Assembly (NCBI GenBank): GCA_951406725.2
Contig: OX597814.1
Location: forward strand, 171,988,001-172,052,000
DNA from: Octopus vulgaris
Taxonomy: Eukaryota
DNA length: 64,000 nt
Reading direction: 5' to 3'
Under the pieces are notes generated by a model. It saw nothing but the letters and a program-made list of their open reading frames with translations. It made no database searches and had not been told where the DNA came from. Shown here piece by piece: positions 38,153 to 52,089 of the stretch; positions within the stretch are counted from its first letter, which is position 1; every line of letters starts with the position of its first letter. Made by a program: the position numbers and the translations under genes.

Positions 38153-38655
38153 ATGCATACTAAGAAAAAAAAGGTAACGAACGAAGCTAATTCAAAGTGA
38201 AAGGGGAATAAAGGGAAAGCAGTGATAAAGAGATTTTAATAAATGAACTGTATAGCCATATGCAAACACGCGCGCACACACATAGACACACACTAAGTGG
38301 ACAGATAAGAAAGTGAGACAAACGGAGGGAGAGAGGGAGAAGGAGAAGGAGAGAGAGAAAATGAAATATATGAACTCCCGCCCATGTCTAATTTAATGGG
38401 AAAAGAAAGTGGCTGAAACATCAAAGTAAGGGATATTTCTGCGCTCTATCAGGCAGGCCGTCAGGGAAAAATATCACCAACTAAGATTTAGCTCGAGCCG
38501 TATAATTTACCTCTGCTGGCTGAATCTGGTATAATTTACGGCTGCAACAAGGTAGCTTAATTAAACTATTCAAATCATCTCCTCCTTATTCTACGAACGA
38601 TCTGATACTGGAAGCATACCGTTGTGTCATTGCGCCACACAAACACGCACGTACG

Positions 38656-38720
<65 letters not shown>

Positions 38721-38789
38721 ACACAGAATCATACGTAAAGCATATATGCAAATATACATACAGGTACTTTAGTTACACTTACACTTTAC

Positions 38790-39173
38790 GCTTTTACTTG
38801 TTTCGGTCATTTGACTGCGGCCATGCTGGAGCACCGCCTTTAGTCGAACAAATCGACCCCGGGACTTATTCTTTGTAAGCCCAGTACTTATTCTATCTGT
38901 CTCATTTGCTGAACCGCTAAGTGACGGCGACGTAAACACACCAGCATCGGTTGTCAAGCAATGCTAGGGGACAAACACAGACACACAAACACATATATAT
39001 ACATATATACGACGGGCTTCTTTCAGTTTTCGTCTACCAAATCCACTTACAAGGCTTTGGTCGGCCCGAGGCTATAGTAGAAGACACTTGCCCAAGATGC
39101 CACGCAGTGGGACTGAACCCGGAACCATGTGGTTCGTAAACAAGCTACTTACCATACAGCCACTCCTGCACCT
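38790..39173 (-). mobile_element. SINE family A, full-length
   Basis: Reverse complement of the family consensus with a short internal microsatellite. Confidence 0.9.
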
Positions 39174-40853
39174 AGTTGTTAGCATTAACCAACAATTTTA
39201 GCGGAAAAGATAGGCAATGCAGTGTCGGGTTTATACTGATTCAGCATTATAAGATTCGTAATTTTGCTGAGAGGCAAAATGTGGAGACGGTTTTGTGTTC
39301 GCAAACAAATATGGTAAAGGGTCCAGGCAATGACTATTTGCTAACGAAGTTCATTTTGCAATCACGTTTGATCCCTCTTCGTGGCATTTTGCAAGAATAT
39401 CTTTCTTCTACGATAGCTTCAGTCAACCAAAAACATTGTAAATAAAAACAGTAACCGGAAGTGTGTGGAAACCCGGTCACATGGATTGTGCCTCTTGTCT
39501 AGTGGCTTACTTTGATAGCACAAGCTGGTCCTTGAATTCCTTTAACGAGGTTCACTCTGTTAGCTCTCTGATTACGTTGATGATGTGAGATTTTCGACAT
39601 TTCTTGATGGGCCGTTTCTTACTAGAGTAACCCATATAAGTTACGAATTGTGTCTTCTTTACTTCTCGGAATCTCAGAGGTTTTGCAAAAAAGAGAAGAG
39701 TTTTGCCTTCTCCCCTCTGGTTTTGACAAAATCGTTTAAAAAGAATGTCAAGACTTTAGAAGAGATATTGTTAAAAAGACATGGAGAATAGTTAGGATGA
39801 TTAGGTCACGAAACGAGAAAACTTACTTCATTTCTCGACCAGATTGGAGTTAAAACCTCTGAGATGCGCCTCAAAGAATTTTTCCGATTTGCGACCAGAT
39901 AACGTGATACATTTCAGATATCGTAACCCTTTACTGTCCTGTGTATCACATGTGATATACAGGTCATATTTCACTGAAGTTCATCTATCGGGCATGATAC
40001 ACATCCTCTGTATTGTTTTCAATCACCAGACTAACTTGAGGCTTATGAAAGGAAAACCTAATATTACTCAGAATATATGAAACAGTGGTTAACTAAAAGT
40101 CTGAAAACTAGCACCAACGCTTGAGACAAACTTATGAAAATGCTTTTAACAGGCAAAGTGTTAAGTCATCTGAGGTTAGTTATACTGTTGATACAATTAT
40201 AATTTTTCGGATTATTAATCTATGTTAGTCTGAACTCCGGTCGTCATCCAGGTTACTATTCCCAAATTTATAAATAGTACCAGATTGCAATCGAACTCGA
40301 TACATTTATTTCTAAATTTATGAACAGGCAGGCTCTTATCCACTAGACAACTGATGCAGGTCAAGCAAAACTAATCAGCATCTAGATGTAGATATTAAAC
40401 CGTTTTTGATCTCTAAAATGAAGTTACTGGTCATGAAATATGATTTGAAATATGGTTTATAAAACAAATATATTTTGCATCGCTTTTCAATCGTATTACA
40501 ATTTGTCTAGCTTTCATTTTTGAAATTATAACTGCTATTTTAAAATCAAGTTTCGGTGCATAAATCACTAGCTAGATCATATCTGGATTTGATATTTCTT
40601 TCTTCTGATTTCATAAATCCCATATGGAATGACTTCTTTGTCATTTCGCTAGGATTTTATGAGGGGGAAAATAAATCTAGAATAAATGACATAATATTCC
40701 ATATGGAAATATATTAATTGATTCTACTAAGAAAGTATAACTATGCTTGGTCTTAAACAGTTTTGGAGATTTAACGTGATGAAGCTGTGAAACTCACGGG
40801 TTCTCCTTAGGGAGCATAACATTAGAGTTCTTTTAAAGCCATGACAGGGAATA

Positions 40854-40947
<94 letters not shown>

Positions 40948-40950
40948 CCT

Positions 40951-41073
40951 ACATGGTTCCGGGTTCAGTCCCACTGCGTGGCATCTTGGGCAAGTGTCTT
41001 TTACTATAGCCTCGGGCCGACCAAAGCCTCGCGAGTGGATTTGGTAGACGGAAACTGAAAGAGGTTCGTCGTA

Positions 41074-41122
<49 letters not shown>

Positions 41123-41353
41123 TGTGGGTGGGTGGGTGTATGTGTTTGTGTGTCTGTGTTTGTCCCCCCACATCGCTTGACAACCGATGCTGGTGTGTTT
41201 ACGTCCCCGTAACTTAGCGGTTCGGCAAATGAGACCGATAGAATAAGTACTAGGCTTACAAAGAATAAGTCCTTGGGTCGATTTGCTCGACTAAAGGTGA
41301 TGCTCCACCATGGCCACACTCAAATGAGTGAAACAGGTAAAAGAATAAGAGTA
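40951..41353 (+). mobile_element. SINE family A, 5'-truncated, next to (TATC)n
   Basis: Begins at ACATGGTTCCGGGTTCAGTCCC; complete 3' part. Confidence 0.88.
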
Positions 41354-41399
41354 ACTAAACCAAGTGCTTTTAAGATTGCTTTTTCTATTATTATCTTTA

Positions 41400-41445
<46 letters not shown>

Positions 41446-41491
41446 CATTATTATCATTATTATTATTATTATAATTATTATTATTATTATT

Positions 41492-42045
41492 GAGTGAGAG
41501 AGCAGTTCATGCCATCAAAGTGACACTGGGGTAAAATATACGAAGCCCAATATACCCATCATGACTACCCGTCTGATAAGGGTACACCAGGCACATGCAT
41601 CACAACTATATGTGCGCGACATGGTGATCTCATATCAAGATAAACAGCACATGACCTTGCAGGTGGAGCCCAGTTAGAATTTTCTTCAGGTTGAGTAGCC
41701 CATCCCGCTCAAAAGGTCCCTGAATAAGGGTTGTTTAAGGATGTTGAAAGAACCACCCATGTTTCCAGAGGTGAATTATTCAAACCCCAAAGAATCCCTC
41801 TCAACACATGGCTATGATGCTCCCCTACTACTTCTGCTCGTGATCAGAGATGCACATATCGTCAGCCACTAAGGGACATGCTCAACCGGTTACGGTCAAA
41901 CAGCTGACAAGCAAATCTGTGGTATTGAGCAGAATATTTGCTGTAGCCCATCTTTTATACCAAGGCAAAACAATGTACATGATAACACTTCCAATCAGTT
42001 AAGATCAGAAGCCATGAGAGCCACTGCCTGGTACTGCATCAGGGC

Positions 42046-42047
<2 letters not shown>
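41492..42047. mobile_element. 556-bp non-coding element inserted in a (TTA)n microsatellite
   Basis: A complex, higher-GC segment bounded on both sides by long (TTA)n arrays (~41385-41491 and 42048-42143). No ORF. Confidence 0.6.
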
Positions 42048-42120
<73 letters not shown>

Positions 42121-42653
42121 CATTATTATCATTATTATTATTATGTCTATAAAGTGACGAGTGTTTTGATAAATATCATATGCCAACAACAGCTCAAATC
42201 GGTAATGGTCACGGCTAGAAGGTATCTGATCATAGGACTTCTCAAACAGGGATGACCTAGGGCTAAAAGACAGGAGGCATTTAAAACAAAAACAAAAAAA
42301 AAATACGACAACGAGGAAATACAAACAAAGAAACAAAATACCAGGTGGCGCCACTGATAAAAATATTTCAGAAGTGTAATGGCTGTTATATTGTTCTCTG
42401 AACTACGATAATGTCCAGTTATGTTGAATACGATGAATTAAAAGCTTACGAAGGAATCTAAGGATAAAAGGATGGTTGGTGGTGGGTGGGTGGGATGAAG
42501 AATGTAGGTAGAAAAGAAGAGGGGGAGAGAGAGGGGGGTAAAGATGGAAATACATACACATACACACATGCAAATATATGTGTGGATGTATGAATGTGTG
42601 TGTGTATGTCTGTATATAAACGCACAGAAATACACACACATATACATATATAT

Positions 42654-42692
<39 letters not shown>

Positions 42693-43033
42693 AACATACA
42701 TATACACACACAGACCTATATATAAGCATATATACATATACACAGACATATTACATATATACATACATATACTTATACACACGCACAGATATATACACAT
42801 ACATACATCTATACATTATAAATACATATACATAAATACACACACATATATATGTATATATATATATATGTGTGTGTATATATATGTATATATATACATA
42901 CAAACATACAAATACATATACATACAACGCACACACATATATACATGTACATACATAAATATATATTTACCGATAAATATAATGTATATTATATAATATA
43001 CATATAGATACATACAAGAATACAAATATATAC

Positions 43034-43078
<45 letters not shown>

Positions 43079-43682
43079 CGTATATATATACATATATATT
43101 TATATACATATATATATACATATATATTTATATAAAAACATATATATATTTGTATATATATACATATATATATATATATATGATACGCACAGACACACAG
43201 GCACATTCACACACACACAAATACCAAGTAAACATAACACATACATATACACACACACATAGAGGTTACAAAAGATTAATTGTCAAGCTAGAGAGAATGG
43301 AGAAACGAGCCAAGTGTCATATGACTTCAAACGAATGAAAGTGACGGTTATAAACGGGTGTCATTTCAAATGATTTTCTCCGGAGCTTTGCCAAGTCAAG
43401 TAAAAAAAAAACAAAAAAACAGGGGAGGGTGAGAAAAGTAAAAGTAAAAGGAAACGAAACGAAATATAATGTAAAGTAAAAATGACGAAAAGGTGAATAA
43501 AACAACACGCGACATCCTTACAGATAGCAAACAGCTTTATACATTCAGATACATTATTTTTTTTCTTCAGTTTTCGAACTAGAAAATCAGGCAACTGGTT
43601 GTTGTAGTGTCTATTGATGCTGTTGTTGTTGTTGTTTCCGTTCTTCTTGTGATTCTTGATGTTGTCATTATTGCCGAGGCTC

Positions 43683-44095
43683 TTTTACTCTTTTACTCTT
43701 TTACTTGTTTCAGTCATTTGACTGCGGCCAAGCTGGATGGAGCACCGCCTTTAGTCGAGCAAATCGACCCTAGGACTTATTTTTTGTAAGCCTAGTACTT
43801 ATTCTATCGGTGTCTTTTGCCGAACCGCTAAGTTACGGTGACGTAAACACACCAGCATCGGTTGCCAAGCGATGTTGGGAGGACAAACACTGACACACAA
43901 ACACACACACAGACACACACACAGACACATACATATATATATATATACATTTACATATATACGACGGGCTTCTTTCAGTTTCCGTCTACCAAATCCACTC
44001 ACAAGGCTTTGGTCGACCCGAGGCTATAGTAGAAGACACTAGCCCAAGGTGCAACGCAGTGGGACTGAACCCGGAACCATGTGGTTGGGAAGCAT
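43683..44095 (-). mobile_element. SINE family A copy
   Basis: Reverse complement of the family consensus, lacking the extreme 5' end. Confidence 0.88.
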
Positions 44096-44534
44096 GTTGG
44101 TGTCTTTGATTTTTTTCTGTTGTGGTTGTTGTTGTTAAGCCCCAGGTTAGGTCATTATGAGCAAATCTATAATCATAGGTGATCCAACCGTGGTAGTATT
44201 CGGCGTTCCTGCAATACACCTACGCTGAGTAAGAAAAAAACTGCCATTCAATATTAACGCTGCTTCTGTCGCAAATATTTATTTTTAAAAAGCTTGGTGG
44301 CTATTTGCGATATCAGTGACCGAAAACTCACTGTTATTCTATATATCATTGGCAGTGACATTTGGCTGGTGATCGGAAGCCTTCCACTAAAGATACTCAA
44401 TAACGTGATCTGGTCGCTCCAGCGCCCATGCTAGACGATTCTCTTCTGCTGCAATATATATTTGTGCTCTTAGCACCGCTCGTCTGTATGAGAGGCGAAT
44501 ATCGCAGTATTCAGCGTTCTAACAATGCATTCAC

Positions 44535-44820
44535 GTTAAGTTAGTTAGTTAGTTAATTTGGCTCAAAAGCAAATAGCAAGGCCATGTAGGGGGACATGGA
44601 GTTAAGTACAGGGTGGTGTTCATGTAAAGAGTTCAGGCCACTTGAGGTCAAGGGAGGCTTTGAACAAAGCGGTCGTCGGCATCTTCACCATCTCGTCTGG
44701 CAGCTTGTTCCACGGATCCGCAACCCGGACGGAGAAAGCTCCTCTCCTTCGATTGAGATGAAATCGTCGCAGGTAGAGCTTTTCGGAATGACCCCGCAGC
44801 CGACGCTCTGGAGCAGGAGT
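44535..44820 (-). mobile_element. 5'-truncated CR1 LINE 3' end (a different family from the intact element)
   Basis: Translates RLRGHSEKLYLRRFHLNRRRGAFSVRVADPWNKLPDEMV...FKASLD...*, the canonical CR1 C-terminus (stop at 44620-44622). Short UTR and (TAAC)n tail. Confidence 0.9.
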
Positions 44821-45915
44821 AAGTAAGATATAAAGAATTTTCTTTGCCTTTTCCTTTCATTTTTTTTTTTGATGTAGTATATATATATGAAGTACTGCAT
44901 CATCATTCAATGTACCTTTTTTTCTTCTGTCATCATAAGATACGTGCTCTCCTGTGCAAGACATTAGATTGCATCTGCGGGCGATGCTCCAGCTCCGGGA
45001 TTCAAGTGAATATAGTTACTCCTTATCCACAACTTATGCCCAGATTCGCTACGGCCCAGGTAGGTAGAACTTGTCAAACAACTGAAAATGGCCTGCAGTT
45101 AATACACATAGTACTCGAAAGAGTACTATGTGCCTTAGATATGTATCACACAAGTCCACAACTGTGTGGACATGCCCTGGTGTCATGTGAACTAGCTGTC
45201 TTGTTCAAGGGATAAATAGGCCCTGTATTTCAAGTGTAAACTCGAGAGAGCTGGTGATTGGTACAGCAAGCTCTAAGTAAATCAATAGAAGGCGACATCA
45301 AATCACTGCTGTATCTTTCTCTAGAAAAATCATGAGTTTTCAGATTCAGTATGGCGGTCCATGATCAGTGACGCCTATAAATATGACAAATGAAGAAAGA
45401 GGGAGAGAGAGAAATGGAGATTTGTGATATAAAGGGAGGTTTGGGCCTGTAGATTATGCTGGTTGAGTGAATGTGTTGAGCGACGTAGTTGACAAATAGT
45501 TATGTGGTTGTATTATTTTAAGTCAGCCCTGGCCGAGGAGACCTGTAATTCAAAGCATTCCAGCTATGACCATCAATGAATGCACTTTTTCCATCAATAA
45601 ATGCGCTTTATCCTCGTGAAGAGAGCTACTAAGAAAATAATCCATGGGAGCTGAAACCAGTTCTTATGTGACAAGAGATCGCAGATGCACCTCTTCTGCC
45701 AACGATGGCTAATTCAGTCATTGTTGCTGCACTCATGCGAAGCGTAAACGCTAAGGAGCAAAACATATATATATATATATATAGATGTATACATATATAT
45801 AGATGTATGTATGTTTGTATGTATGTATGTATGTATGTATGTATGTATGTATGTATGTATGTATGTATGTATGTATGTATGTATGTATGTATGTGTGTGT
45901 GTGTGTGTGTGTATA

Positions 45916-46086
45916 GGCACATACTTGACTGTAGGGTAAAAGGTTTACTTTCCAACCACATGGTTGCGAGTTCAGTCCCACTGTCTGGTACCTTGGGAAA
46001 GTGACTTCTACTATAGCCTCGGGCTGACTAAAGCCTTGGGAGTGGATTTGGTAGACGGAAACTGAAAAGAAGCCTGTCGTATATAC

Positions 46087-46130
<44 letters not shown>

Positions 46131-46384
46131 GTATACATATACACATGTGTGGGTGCGTGAATGGTTTGTGAGTCAGTGTGCGCTTGTCCTTCCCATCATC
46201 GACTGACATCCGGTGTTGGTGTGTTTATGTCCCCCGTAACTTAACGGTTAGGCGAAGAGACCGATACAATAAGTACTAGGGTTTAAGAAAATAAATCCTG
46301 GGACCGATTTGTTCGACGAATGCTCTCCAAGTCGGTGCTCCAGCTTGGCCGCAATCAAATAACTGAAACAAGTAAAAGAATAGA

Positions 46385-46386
<2 letters not shown>
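45916..46386 (+). mobile_element. SINE family A, diverged copy
   Basis: Diverged head with recognisable body and tail. Confidence 0.8.
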
Positions 46387-46439
<53 letters not shown>

Positions 46440-46440
46440 G

Positions 46441-46541
<101 letters not shown>

Positions 46542-46547
46542 TGCCAC

Positions 46548-46599
<52 letters not shown>

Positions 46600-46602
<3 letters not shown>

Positions 46603-47485
46603 ATAATAAATTAATAGATAAAACATACGCATATATACATACGTATATGTACGTACCTACCTCTACATGTATATATACATGCGTATATGGGTGCAGGACA
46701 CAAAAGAAAACGTCGAACACAATGAGAAACGAAAAAATAGAGTACAGGACATACAACCCAAGGAAAATCCCCCCTCTTCAGTCGCCTCTGTTTCATCTAC
46801 TCCGCGTTTGAAGGTACTGTCCTCGCTCCCTTTCTCAGCCTTCATTCTTTCTGGTTTCCCTTTCTTCTACCTTACTATCTCTCTCTCTCTCTTTCTCATT
46901 CTTCATTCTTTCTGGTTTTCTCTACAACCATTCCCTTTTTTCTCTCCCTTTCTCTTACTCCTCCTCCTCTGTCCCGTCGCTGACCAGCGACGAGAAAACT
47001 ACTGTCTTTCTGACCTCGCTTCCTTCAAGTGTAGACGGCTTTCCTGTGTCTCTCCCTCGCCGTTCTCAAACAGCATTCGTAATATTTTCTCTCGTTTGGC
47101 TTAACAGCCTTCAATGTCTGTGTTACTGTTATTCTCCTTGTCCTATCTCTTACTTTTTATATTTTGTACTGTCTTTACTGTCCTGTTTTTGTTACCATTT
47201 TTACCCCTCCGCAAAAAATCTCAAATTTTATTTAATTTGCTTTTTGCGCGAAGGAATGTTTTAACGAAGTCGTGTCTCGCCTTTATCTTCGAAACGCGGA
47301 GTAGATGAAACAGAGGCGACTGAAGAAGGGGAATTTCCTTGTGTTGTATGTCCTGAACTCATTGTGTTCGACGTTTTTTTTGGTGTCCTATACCCATATA
47401 TGCATGTATATATACATATATATCTAGGTACGTACATATATGTATGTATATATGCATATGTTTTATTTATTATTTTGTTATTATA
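46600..47485. mobile_element. Element with ~200-bp inverted arms around a pyrimidine-rich core
   Basis: 46600-46816 (..TCTTCAGTCGCCTCTGTTTCATCTACTCCGCGTTT..) is inverted at 47285-47485 (..AAACGCGGAGTAGATGAAACAGAGGCGACTGAAGA..). Confidence 0.8.
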
Positions 47486-47554
47486 TGATAGAACGCACGC
47501 ATCCACTTCTAAGTAAGTTTTATCTTTATATATATATATATACATATAAACAGT

Positions 47555-47586
<32 letters not shown>

Positions 47587-47624
47587 GTATGTATGTATGT
47601 ATGTATATATATATATATATGCAT

Positions 47625-47754
<130 letters not shown>

Positions 47755-48250
47755 ATCAACGTTTACAGATAGGCATGCGTTGGCACATACATACGTATTT
47801 ATGGGTGTCATCCGGTATATTTATTTCATTTCTAAAAAAATTGATCAAACGTCTTTCAAGCAATCCACGCCTTCTTAGCACAATGTATGCCTGTGTATTT
47901 CTGCATATATGTGTATGCTTGTGTATTCGTGAGTATGCGTATGTGTGTTTGTGTAATTTCTTTTCATTTTCAACGTCTTTATGCAGTGTGTATGAATCTA
48001 ATTGAAAGGCGTGTGCTGAGATTTGGATGACATGTATAATAAGATATATTAAACAGATATTTTTTACCGCCCGCCGTGAGGCAGAACGAACTGACGATTA
48101 TTTAGTGATGTAAGTTGGTGTCTATGTTTTCTCTATATATTTAAGTAATCGATAGTATATCTCTCTCTTTCTTCCTCTACGTTCACACACACACACACAC
48201 ACACACATAAACACACGCTCGCGCGCGCATACGTGCATACGTACGCGCAT

Positions 48251-48283
<33 letters not shown>

Positions 48284-48463
48284 TACAGCACTTACCCGTT
48301 TTCACGTCTAGGGTCATGTCTGTACGCATGTATACGTATAAGCGCATATAAATATATACATAACGTACACTCACAAACATACACTCACGCACATGTCTTT
48401 GTGTGTGTGTGTGTGTCCGCCCGTCTGTATATATACGTGTGAGTGTATAAATATTTAACTTTA

Positions 48464-48528
<65 letters not shown>

Positions 48529-48575
48529 ATGTTTGTGTGTGTGTATGCATGTATGTATGTATGCTTGTATGTATG

Positions 48576-48646
<71 letters not shown>

Positions 48647-48911
48647 CATTTAATTTAAGAGATACAAATGGATAGAACCTCAAAAATGAAATCAAGTCAC
48701 ATAATGAAATAATTACAAGGTAACAAACATCATTAAAATGTATTCCGTTAATTCAGAGAAAGTTGAGAAAAGGTAAATCAATAAAATGGCAGTCAGTGCT
48801 GTCATCTGTCGCCATCTTTGTGTTTTCGATTTCCCTTGCCCTGCAGATATGTTAAACACCATTCAATTCTGTATTTTACATCAGTGCTTCAAGAAAGATT
48901 AACAGACTAAT

Positions 48912-49325
48912 GGCGCAAGAGTGGCTGTGTGGTAAGTAACTTGATTACCAACCACATTGTTCCGGGTTCGGTCCCACTGCGTGGTACCTTGGGCAAGTGT
49001 CTTCTACTATAGCCTCGGGCCGACCAAAGTCTTGTGAGTGGATTTGGTAGACGGAAACTGAAAGAAGCCCATCGTATATATGTATATGTATATATATATG
49101 TGTGTGTGTGTTTGTGTGTCTGTATTTGTCCCCGGCCCCAACATCGCTTTACAACCGATGCTAGTGTGTTTACGTCGCCGTAACTTAGCAGTTCGGCAAA
49201 AGAGATCGATTGAATAAGTACTAGGCTTACAAAGAATAAGTCCTGGTGTCGATTTGCTCGACTAAAGGTGGTGCTCCAGCATGGCCGCAATCAAATGACT
49301 GAAACAAGTAAACGAGTAAAGAGTA
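48912..49325 (+). mobile_element. SINE family A, full-length
   Basis: GGCGCAAGAGTGGCTGTGTGGTAAG head through to the GTAAAGAG tail. Confidence 0.9.
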
Positions 49326-49751
49326 ATGTAATATATGTGAACCTATTCGTGAATCAGGAACTGTAAATTAAAAGTGTGTTAGGAATTGTGCTACATTGAA
49401 GATTGTGGACATATACAAAGTTTCGGATATATGCAAAGCGAAATACAAGCACAAAGCACATTCTTTGGAATATAATTCTTTCTGAATCTCAAATTTTGGT
49501 ACAGGCTACCAATTATAGGAGAGGAGCTAAGTCGATTACATCGATCCCGGTGCACAAGTGGTACTTAATTTACTAACACTGAAAGAATTTAAAAAACGTC
49601 GACCTTGATAGTATTTGAATTCGGTACGTAAAGCCGAACGAGATATCTCTAGGCATTTTGTCCAACGTGCTAATGATTTAGCGAGCTCAAACGTTTTAAA
49701 ACTGACCTCGGCAACATTTCATTTCAGAACGTAAAGCCGCATTTTTTTCCC

Positions 49752-49964
49752 ACTCTTTTACTTTTTTCGGACATATTGACTGCTGCCATGCTGGAGCAAC
49801 GCCTTTAGTCGAACCAAATCGACTCCAAGACTTATTCTTTGTAAGCCTAGTTCTTATTCTATCGGCCTCTTTAGCCGAACCGCTAGGTTACGGGGACGAA
49901 AACACACCAACATCGGTTGTCAAACGATGGTGAGGTGACAAACACAGGCACGCAAATACACACA

Positions 49965-50032
<68 letters not shown>

Positions 50033-50204
50033 CACACACCTGACAGGCTTCTTTCAGTTTTCATCTACCAAATCCACTCACAAGGCTTTGGTCGGCCTGA
50101 GGCTATAGTACAAGACACTTGCTCAAGGTGCCACGCAGTGCGACTGAGCCCGGAATCATGTGATTGGGATGCACGCTTCTAACCGCACAGCCACTCCTGC
50201 GCCT
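49752..50204 (-). mobile_element. SINE family A, full-length (between degenerate family B copies at 49490-49690 and 50215-50360)
   Basis: Reverse complement of the consensus with a long internal (CA)n. Confidence 0.88.
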
Positions 50205-50656
50205 GTATAAACTTTTCTATTATAGACACATGGCCTGACATTTTGGCGGAGAGCCTAGTCGATTGTATCGGCCTCAGTGCTCAGCTAGTACTTATTTCGT
50301 CAACTACGAAAGGATGAAAGACAAGACCGAACTCTGCGAATTTGAATACAGAATGTGAAATCGAATTTCTTTGAAAATATAATGCTGACGAAAAATATTA
50401 CACCATCATCTGTTGAAAGCAAGCTGCAAAGAAGCAAATATTGAGTAGTTTATGGTGAAACGGTTTTCATCTCATCGAAGATCTTGTAGTAACGTTCGAA
50501 GTGTAGAAATTGAAACTCTGCTGCCAAGCAAGCTAGGTAAATATACGGGTATTGAGAATTTGAAGCTTATAACGGATAGTTTGAAGGATCTTCTTCCATC
50601 TGTTATAAGTAAATGAAATTTGCAATTTACAAGACTGACATTTTTGCTTGTATTTG

Positions 50657-50887
50657 CTATTTCTTTTATTGCCCATAAGGGGCTAAACATAGAGGGGAGA
50701 AACAAGGACAAAGAGATTAAGTCGATTACATCGACTCCAGTGCGTAATTGGTACTTAATTTATCGACCCCGAAAGGATGCAAGGCAAAATCGACATCGGC
50801 GGAATTTGAACTCAGAACGTAACTGCTGACGAAATACTGCTAAGCATTTCGGCCAGCGTGCGAACGTTTCTGCCAGTTCACTGCCAT
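50657..50887 (-). mobile_element. SINE family B with 15-bp TSD
   Basis: Full unit, flanked by TTTTGCTTGTATTTG at 50642-50656 and 50892-50906. Confidence 0.88.
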
Positions 50888-51401
50888 ATACTTTTGCTTG
50901 TATTTGTATGAATAAATAACATTATGAAGTTGATCTTTATATATTAATTTACACCTTCTCCTTGACTTACGACCGAGTTCCATTCCAACTGATAACTTTC
51001 ATTCAAATGGGTTTTAAAAATATAAAACACAAAAACTTAATCCATAATTATTATACATGATACGAAAGAAACATAATATGTACTCCATATTTTGTGGTCG
51101 TAATTACGGATAGTCGTAAGTCATATAGATGCATATATTACAATACTTTTTGAACTTTTGTTATTGGGCACCATGTTCAGCATCAAGACTCTCTCATCGC
51201 TCTCGTTCTCTCTCACTCACTGATTATATATATGTGTATATATTCTTTATTTTCTCTCCTTGTTTCTGTCTGTGTTCCTTTCTGTGGAAGAGCGAAGGCT
51301 CGAAACGTTAAAGACTCTTCACTTCCCAAGCGTTATACTAATACATCTGTTTGTTGTGTACACCACCTGTCTCCGTCTTTTGTTTTTCTTTTGTGAATTC
51401 T

Positions 51402-51439
<38 letters not shown>

Positions 51440-51678
51440 TATTATGATAATTATTTACCTTGAACTCAAGTATTCCTGATACTAATATCGTATTAATATA
51501 TAATTATATGCATAACTCAAAATCCTGACGTGCTACAGCAATTCTAAGTCCAGATTTGGAATCAACGAACTCGATTTAGTATAGTACAACACCGTTTGTC
51601 TGGGTAGCAGAAATAAATTTTTTTGTTGCCAAGGGAAGTAAATATATAAATTACTAGATAAGTATCTGTTTGTGATTC

Positions 51679-51759
<81 letters not shown>

Positions 51760-51941
51760 TACCTCGTAAGAATTTCTAGAGCACTTTTAACTATCTTGGT
51801 TAAACGAATATAGGTGTGCACACCCAGTGTGTCTAATTAACACACATACACACATACACACACACACACGCACCACACTCACATATACGCGCGGCGCACA
51901 TACACACACGCACACACACGTGTGTTTACATAAATACATAC

Positions 51942-51982
<41 letters not shown>

Positions 51983-51997
51983 TATAAAGTATGTATG

Positions 51998-52089
<92 letters not shown>

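Noticed and set aside
47285-47340. GAAAC...GTA...CTGAAGA arrangement suggesting a type II hammerhead
   Set aside because: Stem I cannot form between the GUA site and CUGAAGA, and the stem II register mismatches.
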